NCBI GenBank assembly: GCA_964648295.1
Contig: CAZYNH010000001.1
Location: 197,180 to 261,179 of the forward strand
Direction of reading: 5' to 3'
DNA length: 64,000 nucleotides
Origin: an uncultured Bacteroidia bacterium
Lineage (GTDB): Bacteria; UBA4055
Positions 10,378 through 19,534 of the stretch are shown one piece after another (position 1 is the stretch's first letter; each line of letters opens with the position of its first letter). Below the pieces are notes generated by a model. The model was not told the DNA's origin. It ran no database searches and was given only the letters and a program-made list of their open reading frames with translations. A program made the position numbers and the translations under genes.

Positions 10378-11487
10378 TTGGAAATGACAATGATCGAAAA
10401 ACTTAAAATATTTAATTACAGAAGCCTTGAAAAGCTGGAATTGAATTCCCTGCTTAAAGTTAACCTGATAACCGGCAAGAACAACACCGGGAAATCAACA
10501 ATTCTCGAAGCCCTTGCTTCTTTTGCCGCAAAGGGTGATCTGAAGGTTTTATTCGAACTGCTCGAGGAGAGAGGCGAAGTTTATAAGCAAAATGAAATTG
10601 ATAGTAATCCAATAGAATACAATATTAAAACATTTGCATCGTTATTTACGAAAAGAGATGATAAGAGAAAAATAGATATTAAAGTCAGCGATGAGAATAA
10701 AGAGACTACATTATCCTTAAGGATAGTAAAGTATAGAGAAGAAAAAATACAGGGTGCAAATTCTGATGTGCCGAGAAAGAAAATCATTCTTGAAAATGGC
10801 AGCGGTGAAAATATTCTCGACTATCTTATGGGATTAGAAATCAAGAACGGCGGCGGCAGCTATATTTTACCATTGGATGAAGAAAAAATAAACAGGTTTG
10901 GTTTTAAAGGATTTAGTGAGCCTAAAAATTTTCAGTTTATCAGGCCGCGCGGATTAGAAACAAATATAAATCTGTCGTTATGGGATAGTATTGTTCTTAC
11001 TTACAAAGAGCAGTCCGTAATTGAAGCTTTAAGAATTATCGAGCCGGAAATTCATAAAATAACCTTCAAAGAAGACGGCGCGAACAACAGAAAAGCCGTA
11101 ATCAAATTATTGAACGATCCGGTTCTTATTCCTTTGCAAAGTATGGGTGACGGTATAAACAGGATACTTACGATTATTCTTGCAATGGTGAACTCCGATA
11201 ACGGTTATTTGCTTATAGACGAATTTGAAAACGGTCTGCATTATTCGGTTCAGGAAAAATTGTGGGAAATAATTTTCAGCTTATCTGAAAAATTAAATGT
11301 ACAGGTTTTTGCCACCACTCACAGCGAAGACTGCATTTCCGGTTTTGAAAAAATTATAAATAAGCCCGGCTTGGAATACAAAGGTAAATTGATCCGGCTT
11401 GAAAATGACGGCGGTTTTATAAAACAGGTGGAATTCGACAAAAACGAACTAAAAATTGCTTTTGAAAATAATATCGAAGTCAGATAA
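10378..11487 (+). CDS. AAA_21-type ABC ATPase (OLD/PARIS AriA-like). Likely true start is ATG 10384 or 10390
   Basis: Walker A motif (GKNNTGKST), Walker B/D-loop (LLIDEFENGLH) and an H-loop (ATTHSED). The stop TAA overlaps the ATG of the next gene. Confidence 0.8.
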   Translation: MEMTMIEKLKIFNYRSLEKLELNSLLKVNLITGKNNTGKSTILEALASFAAKGDLKVLFELLEERGEVYKQNEIDSNPIEYNIKTFASLFTKRDDKRKIDIKVSDENKETTLSLRIVKYREEKIQGANSDVPRKKIILENGSGENILDYLMGLEIKNGGGSYILPLDEEKINRFGFKGFSEPKNFQFIRPRGLETNINLSLWDSIVLTYKEQSVIEALRIIEPEIHKITFKEDGANNRKAVIKLLNDPVLIPLQSMGDGINRILTIILAMVNSDNGYLLIDEFENGLHYSVQEKLWEIIFSLSEKLNVQVFATTHSEDCISGFEKIINKPGLEYKGKLIRLENDGGFIKQVEFDKNELKIAFENNIEVR

Positions 11488-12113
11488 TGGGATCGAAAAA
11501 AGGATTAAGCAAAATACTACTCGTAGAAGGTAAAAATGATCAGCATGTTGTATGGTCGCTCTGCAGCAAGTTTAATATTCCGGAAAATTTTGATGTAGTT
11601 GATTGCGAAGGAATTGATAAACTAATTGAACAGATCCCTGTAAGATTTAAACAATCCGGCATCGAAACTATAGGTGTGATAATTGATGCAGACACCGATC
11701 TAAATGCTGCATGGCAAAAAATCAGATCGGTCTTTTTAGCTCAGAGCTGTCCGGTTCCCGAAAACATCCCCTCTGACGGTCTGATATGTGAAAATTCCGG
11801 CGGAATAAAAACCGGAGCTTGGATCATGCCTGATAATAATTTGAACGGAATGATCGAGGATTTCATTTCGTTTCTTATTCCCGAAAACGACAGCCTTTTG
11901 CCTATTGCAGAATCAACTCTTCAAAGTATTGAGCTTAACAATCTTAATAAATATCCTTTAAACCATAAATCAAAAGCGAAAATTCATACATGGCTTTCGT
12001 GGCAGGAAGTACCGGGCACACCTTTGGGGCTCGCAATCACAAAAAGATATCTCACGACCGACAACGATGCCTGTTTAAAGTTTATTACCTGGCTAAAAGA
12101 TCTTTACAAGTAA
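11487..12113 (+). CDS. Toprim-like nuclease-domain protein (DUF4435/DUF3226-like, OLD-family Toprim)
   Basis: Motifs ILLVEGKND and IIDADTD match a Toprim E...DxD signature. Translationally coupled to the upstream ATPase gene. Confidence 0.6.
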   Translation: MGSKKGLSKILLVEGKNDQHVVWSLCSKFNIPENFDVVDCEGIDKLIEQIPVRFKQSGIETIGVIIDADTDLNAAWQKIRSVFLAQSCPVPENIPSDGLICENSGGIKTGAWIMPDNNLNGMIEDFISFLIPENDSLLPIAESTLQSIELNNLNKYPLNHKSKAKIHTWLSWQEVPGTPLGLAITKRYLTTDNDACLKFITWLKDLYK

Positions 12114-12281
12114 CTTTCTTATTTACTCCACAGAAAAAGCAAAATAATTTATTTGATAACCAAGATTTTCGGATTATATTTCTTCCATATAATTTTCGAG
12201 CTTTGAAACAAGAGTAATTTAAGCATAAGAGGAAAAGTTGGTAACACTTTACAAATCAAACCGCACATTTAGGAGATCGAT

Positions 12282-13127
12282 ATGAAAAATTTTTTAATCA
12301 TTTTATTCTTCAGTATTTTATTCACTGCCACATATTCAAAGACCATTTACGGTGAATACACTTATTCTTACGGTGACGATGAAACATTGACAACGGCTAA
12401 GCAGAAATGCCAGACATTAGCTAAAAGGGATGCTGTCGAGAAATTCGCTACATTCCTAAAAAGCGAGACTGTGGTAAGAAATTATCAGACTGAAAATGAC
12501 GAGATAATCGCCAACGCCGAAGCAATGGTGACGGATGTCAATATCATAGAAGAGAAAATAGACAAACTGAATACGAACATTTATTATAAGATCAGCGCAG
12601 AGGTTGATGAGAAAAAAATACTCGGCGTTTATGAAGCAAAAGAAAAGCTGAAACTCGAAAAGATCGAAGCCGAACGCAAAGCTCAGGAAGAAAGATCTGA
12701 AGCAGAGCGAAAAGCCGAAGCCGAAAGACTCGAGGCTGAACGGGAAGCGCAGGAATTAAAGCTCAAGGCGGATAAAGAGGCTCTTGAAGCAAAGCTAAAA
12801 CACGAAAAAGAACTTGCTGCGATAGAGCAGGAAACGGAAAAAATAAAGCTTTCCCGCGAGATCAACGAAAAAGACAGAAGGTTTTGGAGAACTCAGAAGT
12901 GGATAGCTCTCGGAGCATTTGCAGGTTCAGCAGGTCTGGGTACATATTTCAACGCTCAAGGATCATCTTACTATGACGACTATAAAAGCGCTACTTCAAC
13001 ATCATCTGCTGACGATCTTTACGATAAGGCCGACAGCAATTATCTATACAGAGATGTCACATTTTCAGTTTCACTCGTACCGCTGGGATATTTTTTCTAC
13101 GCATGGTATAAAGAAAGCCAGTATTAA
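12282..13127 (+). CDS. secreted coiled-coil protein with a C-terminal TM anchor
   Basis: Signal peptide MKNFLIILFFSILFTATYS. A low-complexity ERKAEAERLEAEREAQELK coiled coil and a C-terminal hydrophobic segment. Confidence 0.5.
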   Translation: MKNFLIILFFSILFTATYSKTIYGEYTYSYGDDETLTTAKQKCQTLAKRDAVEKFATFLKSETVVRNYQTENDEIIANAEAMVTDVNIIEEKIDKLNTNIYYKISAEVDEKKILGVYEAKEKLKLEKIEAERKAQEERSEAERKAEAERLEAEREAQELKLKADKEALEAKLKHEKELAAIEQETEKIKLSREINEKDRRFWRTQKWIALGAFAGSAGLGTYFNAQGSSYYDDYKSATSTSSADDLYDKADSNYLYRDVTFSVSLVPLGYFFYAWYKESQY

Positions 13128-13148
13128 ACTAAAGCCAAGGGAAAGTCT

Positions 13149-16100
13149 ATGAAGAAATTTATTATCTCTCTAACAATAACAGCCTCTTTACTTATAATAT
13201 GGGCATGTACCGATCTGGAACACTCAAATCCGTTCGATTCCAGCTACGGTGATCCAGATCCGTTAAAAAAACTCGATCTGACAATCGAAAAAATTGACAG
13301 GATTAAACTAGTCTGGGACGATGATTATTACAGCAAAGACTCGAATTATACTTTTAAAATTGATAGAAAGCTGGGTGAAGACGGTTTGTGGGAAGAAGAT
13401 TATAAAATTTTCAAAAGCAAATACACTTCATTTACCGACTCTTCAGCCGGTATTGATCAGCTTAATTTTTATAGAGTCAAAGTAGCTTTTGATGGAAATA
13501 TTTCTGATCCTATTGAAGCATCGGTTCACAGCCCGTTTAATCCTCCGTCGAGTATTATTTTAAACAGAAAAGATATAAAAACAATTCAGATCAGCTGGAA
13601 TGACAATTCCAACGGAGAGGACGGCTTTAAAATTGACAGATATTCTAACGGCGCATGGGCAACAGGCTTTAAAACGCTTGGTCAGAACGCTACTACTTGG
13701 ACGGATTCCGCAGCCGTTCTTAACGATTCTATCAGATACAGGATCTACGGCTTCAGAAAGTCATATAACTCGCAAATGGCTATGACGAACCTGATAGACA
13801 ACACAATCCCGGCACCGTCTAATCTTTCTGTTCAGCAGAATGATGTAAGCACTTTCGAGCTTAACTGGACTGACAACAGCACCGGAGAACAGGGTTTTAT
13901 AGTAGAAAGAAGCATTGACGGCGGCTCTTTCTCAGTTTTAAGCACTTTACCTGCGAATACAACATCGTATATAGACACTTCAGTCAGCAAAGGAAAAAGT
14001 TTATCCGATGTATCGTACAGAGTTGTATCTTATTACGGCACATTTAAATCAGCTTATACCGAGACTTCATCCGGAATAGAATTTCCCGCACCGGGTTCGT
14101 TGTCTTATGAAAAGCTTACAATTTCTTCCATTAAGCTTAACTGGGCAGACAACAGCCTGTCTGAAGACGGCTTTAAAATTGAGAAAAAGGTAGGCGGCGG
14201 TTCATGGACTGCTTACGCAACTGTAGCTAAAAATACAATTACATGGACAGATACGTCAGTTGAGATAAATCAGACCGTTCAGTACAGGATCTATGCTTAT
14301 AAAGGAATTAACACTTCTTCAATTACCGAAAGTTCTGTCATTGATAATACTTTCCCGGCACCGACAGGCATTACTTTCACGAAAGTTTCGGTCAGCTCAA
14401 TTAAGATAGACTGGCTTGATAATTCAAACGGAGAAGATGGGTTTAAAATTGACAGATCAGTCAACGGCACTTGGACAAATTCTTATGCTTCTTTAGCTGG
14501 AAATATTAAAACATATACAGATGCAAGCGCACCCATCAATTCTACGGTCATATACCGTGTTTATGCGTATAAATCAACAAGCGTATCTGCATCTGTTTCG
14601 ACAACATCAATAGTTAATACTTTTCCCGCTCCCACAAATCCGACAATTACTCAGCTTGCGGTAAATTCCGTCAAAATTGACTGGGTGGATAATTCCACCG
14701 GAGAGGACGGATTCAAGATTGATAAGAAGAATGATACCGGCGTCTGGACGACAGCCTTTGCATCTGTCGGCTCGAACATTACAACTTATACCGATAACGC
14801 AGCCGCGATATCCGACAGCCTTCAATACAGAGTTTACGGTTACAAAGGAACAGCATATTCAGCTTACGCTTATACAAGCGCATCCGACCTGACATTTCCG
14901 CCGCCTACAAATGTAACTTACACCAGACCGTCAATTATTTCAATAAAATTGGACTGGTTTGACAACAGTACAGGCGAAACAGGATTTAAAATTGACCGAT
15001 CGGTTGACGGCGGCGCTTGGGTTATTGCTTACGGCACTGTAAGCGCAGATGTTGTTACTTGGACTGATGCCAATGCGCCGATAAATAAAAATATTCAGTA
15101 CAGAATTTACGGTTATACAACCACAGACGCCTCCAGTTATGCCACTTCGGCAGTAATAACAAATACATTTCCTGCGCCTGTTCTTAATACTGTCACTCAG
15201 CAGACAGTAAGTTCATTTAAGCTTGACTGGTCTGATAATTCCACCGGAGAGGAAGGCTTTAAAATAGAAAGAAAGATTGACGCCGAAGCTTATGTTCAAA
15301 TAGCTTCAGTCGGTGCAAATATTATAACATATACGGACTCCTCGATAAATAAAAAAGGATATACAACTGTTTACTATAGGGTCAGAGCATTTAAAGGAAC
15401 CGATTATTCAACATACAGCGAAAAAACACAGACAATATCATTCCCTGCACCTTCAAATGTAGGTTATGTAAAAACCTCAGTAAGTTCAATTACAGTAAAC
15501 TGGTCTGATAATTCAAACGGCGAAGACGGTTTTAAGATTGATAAAAAAGTTGGATCATCAGAATGGGTATTAACCTACGGAACCACAGCCGCAAACGCAG
15601 TTTCGTGGCTTGATTCAAATGCGGAACCGAACACATCTATTCAGTACAGAGTCTATGCGTACAAAGGAAGCAATTCATCAACAGCGAGTTACAGCGCGAC
15701 AATTGACAACACATTTCCTGCTCCGCTTAATATTTCAACAGAAAAGCTGACAATATCTTCGATAAAAGTAAACTGGACTGACAATTCAACAGGCGAATCA
15801 GGCTTTATTATCGACCGGAAAGTAGGAGTTGAGGCATGGGCAGCTTATGACACAACGGCGGCTAACGCTGTAACTTGGTCAGATAACAGCGCAGTCATAA
15901 ACGCTAATTTACAATACAGGGTCAAAGGATATAAAAGCAGCTATTATTCTAATTATCTTGAATCTTCTCAGATCAGCAATATTTTTCCTGCTCCTACAAA
16001 TCTGATCCTGACTCAAGTCAAGAAACTTCAGAAGGCCGTAACCATCAGGCTTGACTGGACTGATAATTCAACAGGTGAAGACGGTTTTAAAATCTTTAAG

Positions 16101-17858
16101 AAGAACGATGTCGGGAACTGGAACGAAGCCGGTACTGTCGCGAGCAACACCAAAACATGGTCAGACGCCTCCGCAGTAATCAATGACAGCCTCGCTTACA
16201 GAGTTCTCGGATACAAAGGAACATATACTTCAACATACTCACAGGCAGATGTAAGCTCATTAACATTCCCGCCGCCCACAAACCTGACATTCACAAAACT
16301 CGACCTGAATTCCATCAGACTGAACTGGACGGATAATTCAAACATGGAAGACGGCTTCAAAATTGATAAAAAAGTCGGTGACAATGCATGGGTGACCGCT
16401 TATGCAACTACCGCAGCAAACGCTGTAACATGGACAGACGATAACGCAGATGTCAATCAGACCTTACAATACAGAGTTTATACATATTCAGGCAGTTTCG
16501 TATCCAATTATGTAGAAACAACAGCAATAGATAACACTTTCCCCGCACCGACAAATCTAACAACAACACAGATCAGCATAACAAGTGCAAATATAGCTTG
16601 GAATGACAACAGCACGGGAGAAGAAAAATTTGAAATTGAACGAAAACTCTCAGCCGATGCAACATATATCAAGATCGGTGAAGTAACAGGCAGCACCGCT
16701 ACAACAAAAGCATACACAGACACAACCGTAGTCCCTTCAAGCACTTATGATTACAGAGTAAAAGGAGTTTTTGGAACAAACTCTTCAGCTTACATAACAA
16801 AAACCGGATATGAAAACACATTCGCAGCGCCAACTAACCTAACAGCTTCAGTCGAATCTGAAACATCTATAAAACTAACTTGGACTGATAATTCAGTAGG
16901 TGAAGATGGCTTTAAGATTGATCGAAAAATTGGAGCAGCTGGCACATGGGTAACAGATTACGCATCAGTAGCATCGAATGTTTCAACATGGACAGATAAC
17001 GGATTATCTATTGGCATAACATATTATTATAGAGCCCGAGCATATAACTTAACATATAACAGTAACAACACAAGTGAAATCTATGCTGAAATCGCACCTG
17101 CTGGTTTTGTTTCAATTCCAATTGGCAGTTTTGATATGGGTCAAACTGGTGTAGAAATACCCGTTCATAATGTAAGTATAACAAGACCTTATTATCTTGG
17201 GAAATATGAAATAACTCAAAAAGAGTGGTTAACGATAATGGAGACAAATCCTGCCCACAATTATGGTGTAGGGGATAACTATCCCGTTTATTATGTTAGT
17301 TGGAATGCTATACTTGTATATTGTAACAAGCGAAGTATAACGGAAGGCTTAACACCGTGCTATAGCATAAACGGTAGTACAGATCCAACAACTTGGGGAA
17401 ACATTCCAACATCGAGTAGCTCAACATGGGACGGGGTTATCTGCAACTGGGAAGCAGATGGATACAGGCTACCTACGGAAGCTGAATGGGAATACGCAGC
17501 TCAGTATAATGACGAAAGAACATACCCTTGGGGCGAAACAATACCTTCAAGCGACTTATGTAACTATAACTCAAATGTCGGTTCAACTTCTATTATTGGC
17601 AGCTACCCATTAGGTAAAAGTAAGCTCGGTTTGTATGACTTGTCAGGTAATGTTAGAGAATGGGTCTGGGACTGGTTTAGCAGTTATACGAGTGATTCTC
17701 AAATTGATCCTACTGGGCCTGTCATTGTAGATGGAAATAGAATACAAAGAGGAGGTAGCTTCCCTTATGAAGGTGTGGTAACATGTTCAGAACGTACTGG
17801 TGCAAGTCCTTACATGGGTTACTATGATTATGGATTTAGAGTTGCTAGAACTAAATAG
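13149..17858 (+). CDS. giant lipoprotein: about 14 tandem Fn3-like repeats plus a C-terminal formylglycine-generating-enzyme (FGE/SUMF1) domain
   Basis: Lipobox LLIIWAC. About 95-aa units repeat the pattern TFPAPTNLT..SIKLDWTDNSTGEDGFKIDRKV..W...QYRVYAYKG. The C-terminus (about 17020-17858) has FGE-sulfatase motifs (YYLGKYEITQKEW, VSWNAILVYCN, GYRLPTEAEWEYAA, GNVREWVWDW, RIQRGGSF). Confidence 0.85.
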   Translation: MKKFIISLTITASLLIIWACTDLEHSNPFDSSYGDPDPLKKLDLTIEKIDRIKLVWDDDYYSKDSNYTFKIDRKLGEDGLWEEDYKIFKSKYTSFTDSSAGIDQLNFYRVKVAFDGNISDPIEASVHSPFNPPSSIILNRKDIKTIQISWNDNSNGEDGFKIDRYSNGAWATGFKTLGQNATTWTDSAAVLNDSIRYRIYGFRKSYNSQMAMTNLIDNTIPAPSNLSVQQNDVSTFELNWTDNSTGEQGFIVERSIDGGSFSVLSTLPANTTSYIDTSVSKGKSLSDVSYRVVSYYGTFKSAYTETSSGIEFPAPGSLSYEKLTISSIKLNWADNSLSEDGFKIEKKVGGGSWTAYATVAKNTITWTDTSVEINQTVQYRIYAYKGINTSSITESSVIDNTFPAPTGITFTKVSVSSIKIDWLDNSNGEDGFKIDRSVNGTWTNSYASLAGNIKTYTDASAPINSTVIYRVYAYKSTSVSASVSTTSIVNTFPAPTNPTITQLAVNSVKIDWVDNSTGEDGFKIDKKNDTGVWTTAFASVGSNITTYTDNAAAISDSLQYRVYGYKGTAYSAYAYTSASDLTFPPPTNVTYTRPSIISIKLDWFDNSTGETGFKIDRSVDGGAWVIAYGTVSADVVTWTDANAPINKNIQYRIYGYTTTDASSYATSAVITNTFPAPVLNTVTQQTVSSFKLDWSDNSTGEEGFKIERKIDAEAYVQIASVGANIITYTDSSINKKGYTTVYYRVRAFKGTDYSTYSEKTQTISFPAPSNVGYVKTSVSSITVNWSDNSNGEDGFKIDKKVGSSEWVLTYGTTAANAVSWLDSNAEPNTSIQYRVYAYKGSNSSTASYSATIDNTFPAPLNISTEKLTISSIKVNWTDNSTGESGFIIDRKVGVEAWAAYDTTAANAVTWSDNSAVINANLQYRVKGYKSSYYSNYLESSQISNIFPAPTNLILTQVKKLQKAVTIRLDWTDNSTGEDGFKIFKKNDVGNWNEAGTVASNTKTWSDASAVINDSLAYRVLGYKGTYTSTYSQADVSSLTFPPPTNLTFTKLDLNSIRLNWTDNSNMEDGFKIDKKVGDNAWVTAYATTAANAVTWTDDNADVNQTLQYRVYTYSGSFVSNYVETTAIDNTFPAPTNLTTTQISITSANIAWNDNSTGEEKFEIERKLSADATYIKIGEVTGSTATTKAYTDTTVVPSSTYDYRVKGVFGTNSSAYITKTGYENTFAAPTNLTASVESETSIKLTWTDNSVGEDGFKIDRKIGAAGTWVTDYASVASNVSTWTDNGLSIGITYYYRARAYNLTYNSNNTSEIYAEIAPAGFVSIPIGSFDMGQTGVEIPVHNVSITRPYYLGKYEITQKEWLTIMETNPAHNYGVGDNYPVYYVSWNAILVYCNKRSITEGLTPCYSINGSTDPTTWGNIPTSSSSTWDGVICNWEADGYRLPTEAEWEYAAQYNDERTYPWGETIPSSDLCNYNSNVGSTSIIGSYPLGKSKLGLYDLSGNVREWVWDWFSSYTSDSQIDPTGPVIVDGNRIQRGGSFPYEGVVTCSERTGASPYMGYYDYGFRVARTK

Positions 17859-17895
17859 GAAAATTTGAATCTAATAAAACAAAGGCTACACTTAT

Positions 17896-18705
17896 ATGGA
17901 TATTTCAGAATTAATTCAAACAGTAGATAATGAATTCACCACAATTTTTTCATTCCCATTATTTTCCCAAATACCTGCTTCTAATATATCAGAATTGAAT
18001 AATCCTGTAAATGATAAAGATTCGTTTATTACAAGGCTGACTCAGTATAGTACGATTTTCGACAATTTCAATAAAAAAGAAATGGATACTATTACTGGAG
18101 GAAAAACACAAGGAACAAGAGAATGTTTAGAAAATTTTTTAAAAAGTAAACTAAAAAATGAACAAATATTTATTGATGACAAAATAATCAATCCGATGAA
18201 ATTATTTTGTCTTTTAAGAGATTACGTTGTTCATGGGAGAAATCGAAATAAAGGAAAAGCAATAAGCTATTTTAAGTTAAGTGATCCAATAGAAGACTTT
18301 GAGAGTTCTTGGAAAAGTGCCGTGTCAGTTTATCAAAGTATATTTCTCTCAATTTCATTTTTATTAAAATCTGTAAACCTAGAAACGATAAAATCATCAA
18401 AATTAAATAAAGAAACAGAAGATTTGCTAGTAAGACAGTTTATAGCTGATTGCTCTTATTATTTTGAAGATCGTAGAACAAATGCCTTGTTTAGAGAAAT
18501 AATAGAAAAAGGGCCTGTCTCAGATGTTGAATTGGCTAAGATTTTTAATATTAATGTAATTGAATTGCGGAGAATTCTTTATCCGTTTGTAGACAAACTC
18601 ATTTTAACGCAATACAAAGCTTACAATGAAACTTTAATCTCATTAAAACCCTACTTTTACGATTATAAAGATATTATTACTAAAGAAATGGCTGGTAATC
18701 CATGA
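17896..18705 (+). CDS. hypothetical protein with a HEPN-like R-x4-HG motif (putative Abi/toxin-type RNase)
   Basis: LRDYVVHGRNRN matches the R[DN]x[LV]xHG HEPN active-site pattern, which is also seen in this window's HepT (RNRLIHGY) and the MAE_28990-like protein (RNRLAHGE). AT-rich gene. Confidence 0.45.
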   Translation: MDISELIQTVDNEFTTIFSFPLFSQIPASNISELNNPVNDKDSFITRLTQYSTIFDNFNKKEMDTITGGKTQGTRECLENFLKSKLKNEQIFIDDKIINPMKLFCLLRDYVVHGRNRNKGKAISYFKLSDPIEDFESSWKSAVSVYQSIFLSISFLLKSVNLETIKSSKLNKETEDLLVRQFIADCSYYFEDRRTNALFREIIEKGPVSDVELAKIFNINVIELRRILYPFVDKLILTQYKAYNETLISLKPYFYDYKDIITKEMAGNP

Positions 18706-19328
18706 GAACAAAATTTCTCAAGGTAACGGATTCTTGTACTGAATTGTTTTATCTTATAATACAGTTTCAAGAATCAGATAAAGAATATCTGGATAAATGT
18801 GGACAGTCTTGCAGGTTAAAGATTATCATAAATTTATCAGATAAACCAGTATCATGTTTTTCTGGATACGATTTAGATGATAGGCGTGGGAATACAATTG
18901 CGAACCTTACGAAATTGATGGAAACGAATGGGACAATAAACGGATTAAAAGAAATAATACATAATACAGTAGATATAAGCCATTTACCTGACGAATTAGA
19001 TGTGGAAGAGGCACGGTGGGCATATATACACACAAACCTGAATCAAGATATAGATGATTCTTTAAATGAAATCATTGAGAATGTATGTAGCGATCGCAAC
19101 TATGGAATTACACTTAACAAATATATCTTTAAACGAATTGATCATGAATATACAATTCTTATTGTAGAAAAAGAATCTAATAAAGTAATTTACGAAAATA
19201 CATTTATTTCAGCAAATCCAAGTAAGATTTATAATAAATATTTATGGATTCCAATAGAAGAGATTTCAGATATAGATTTTATAAAATTTTATGAAGGAAA
19301 TAAAGGTGTTCAAAAAATTGAAGTATAG
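18702..19328 (+). CDS. hypothetical protein, translationally coupled to the upstream HEPN-like gene
   Basis: Start and stop overlap (ATGA). No recognisable domain. AT-rich. Confidence 0.45.
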   Translation: MRTKFLKVTDSCTELFYLIIQFQESDKEYLDKCGQSCRLKIIINLSDKPVSCFSGYDLDDRRGNTIANLTKLMETNGTINGLKEIIHNTVDISHLPDELDVEEARWAYIHTNLNQDIDDSLNEIIENVCSDRNYGITLNKYIFKRIDHEYTILIVEKESNKVIYENTFISANPSKIYNKYLWIPIEEISDIDFIKFYEGNKGVQKIEV

Positions 19329-19437
19329 CAAAAATATATTGTTTTAAAAATTGACAGTAAATTTTACCCTTATGCAGGATTAACAATGAGAAACACAAAC
19401 TCAATAAAACTATTAAATCAAAAACAAATTTGTGATG

Positions 19438-19456
19438 TGTACGAAGAAATCGTACA
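19438..19456. promoter_or_regulatory. second copy of the palindrome TGTACGA-N5-TCGTACA, about 80 nt upstream of the AlbA_2/HATPase_c_4 gene
   Basis: The sequence tgtacga agaaa tcgtaca is read directly. Spacing to the start codon matches the first site. Confidence 0.6.
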
Positions 19457-19534
19457 TTTGAACTTGCTGAATTTTATTTCTGAACAAAGTTTTAAATTTC
19501 AAATAGAATTTGAAAATTAACAACGGAATCGTGT

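Noticed and set aside
11990-12217. 75-aa ORF spanning the end of the Toprim-like gene into the intergenic region
   Set aside because: It overlaps a better-supported gene in another frame, has no RBS, and has low-complexity content.
12683-12865. 60-aa antisense ORF in the coiled-coil region
   Set aside because: It is a reverse-complement artefact of the Glu/Ala/Arg/Lys repeat codons.
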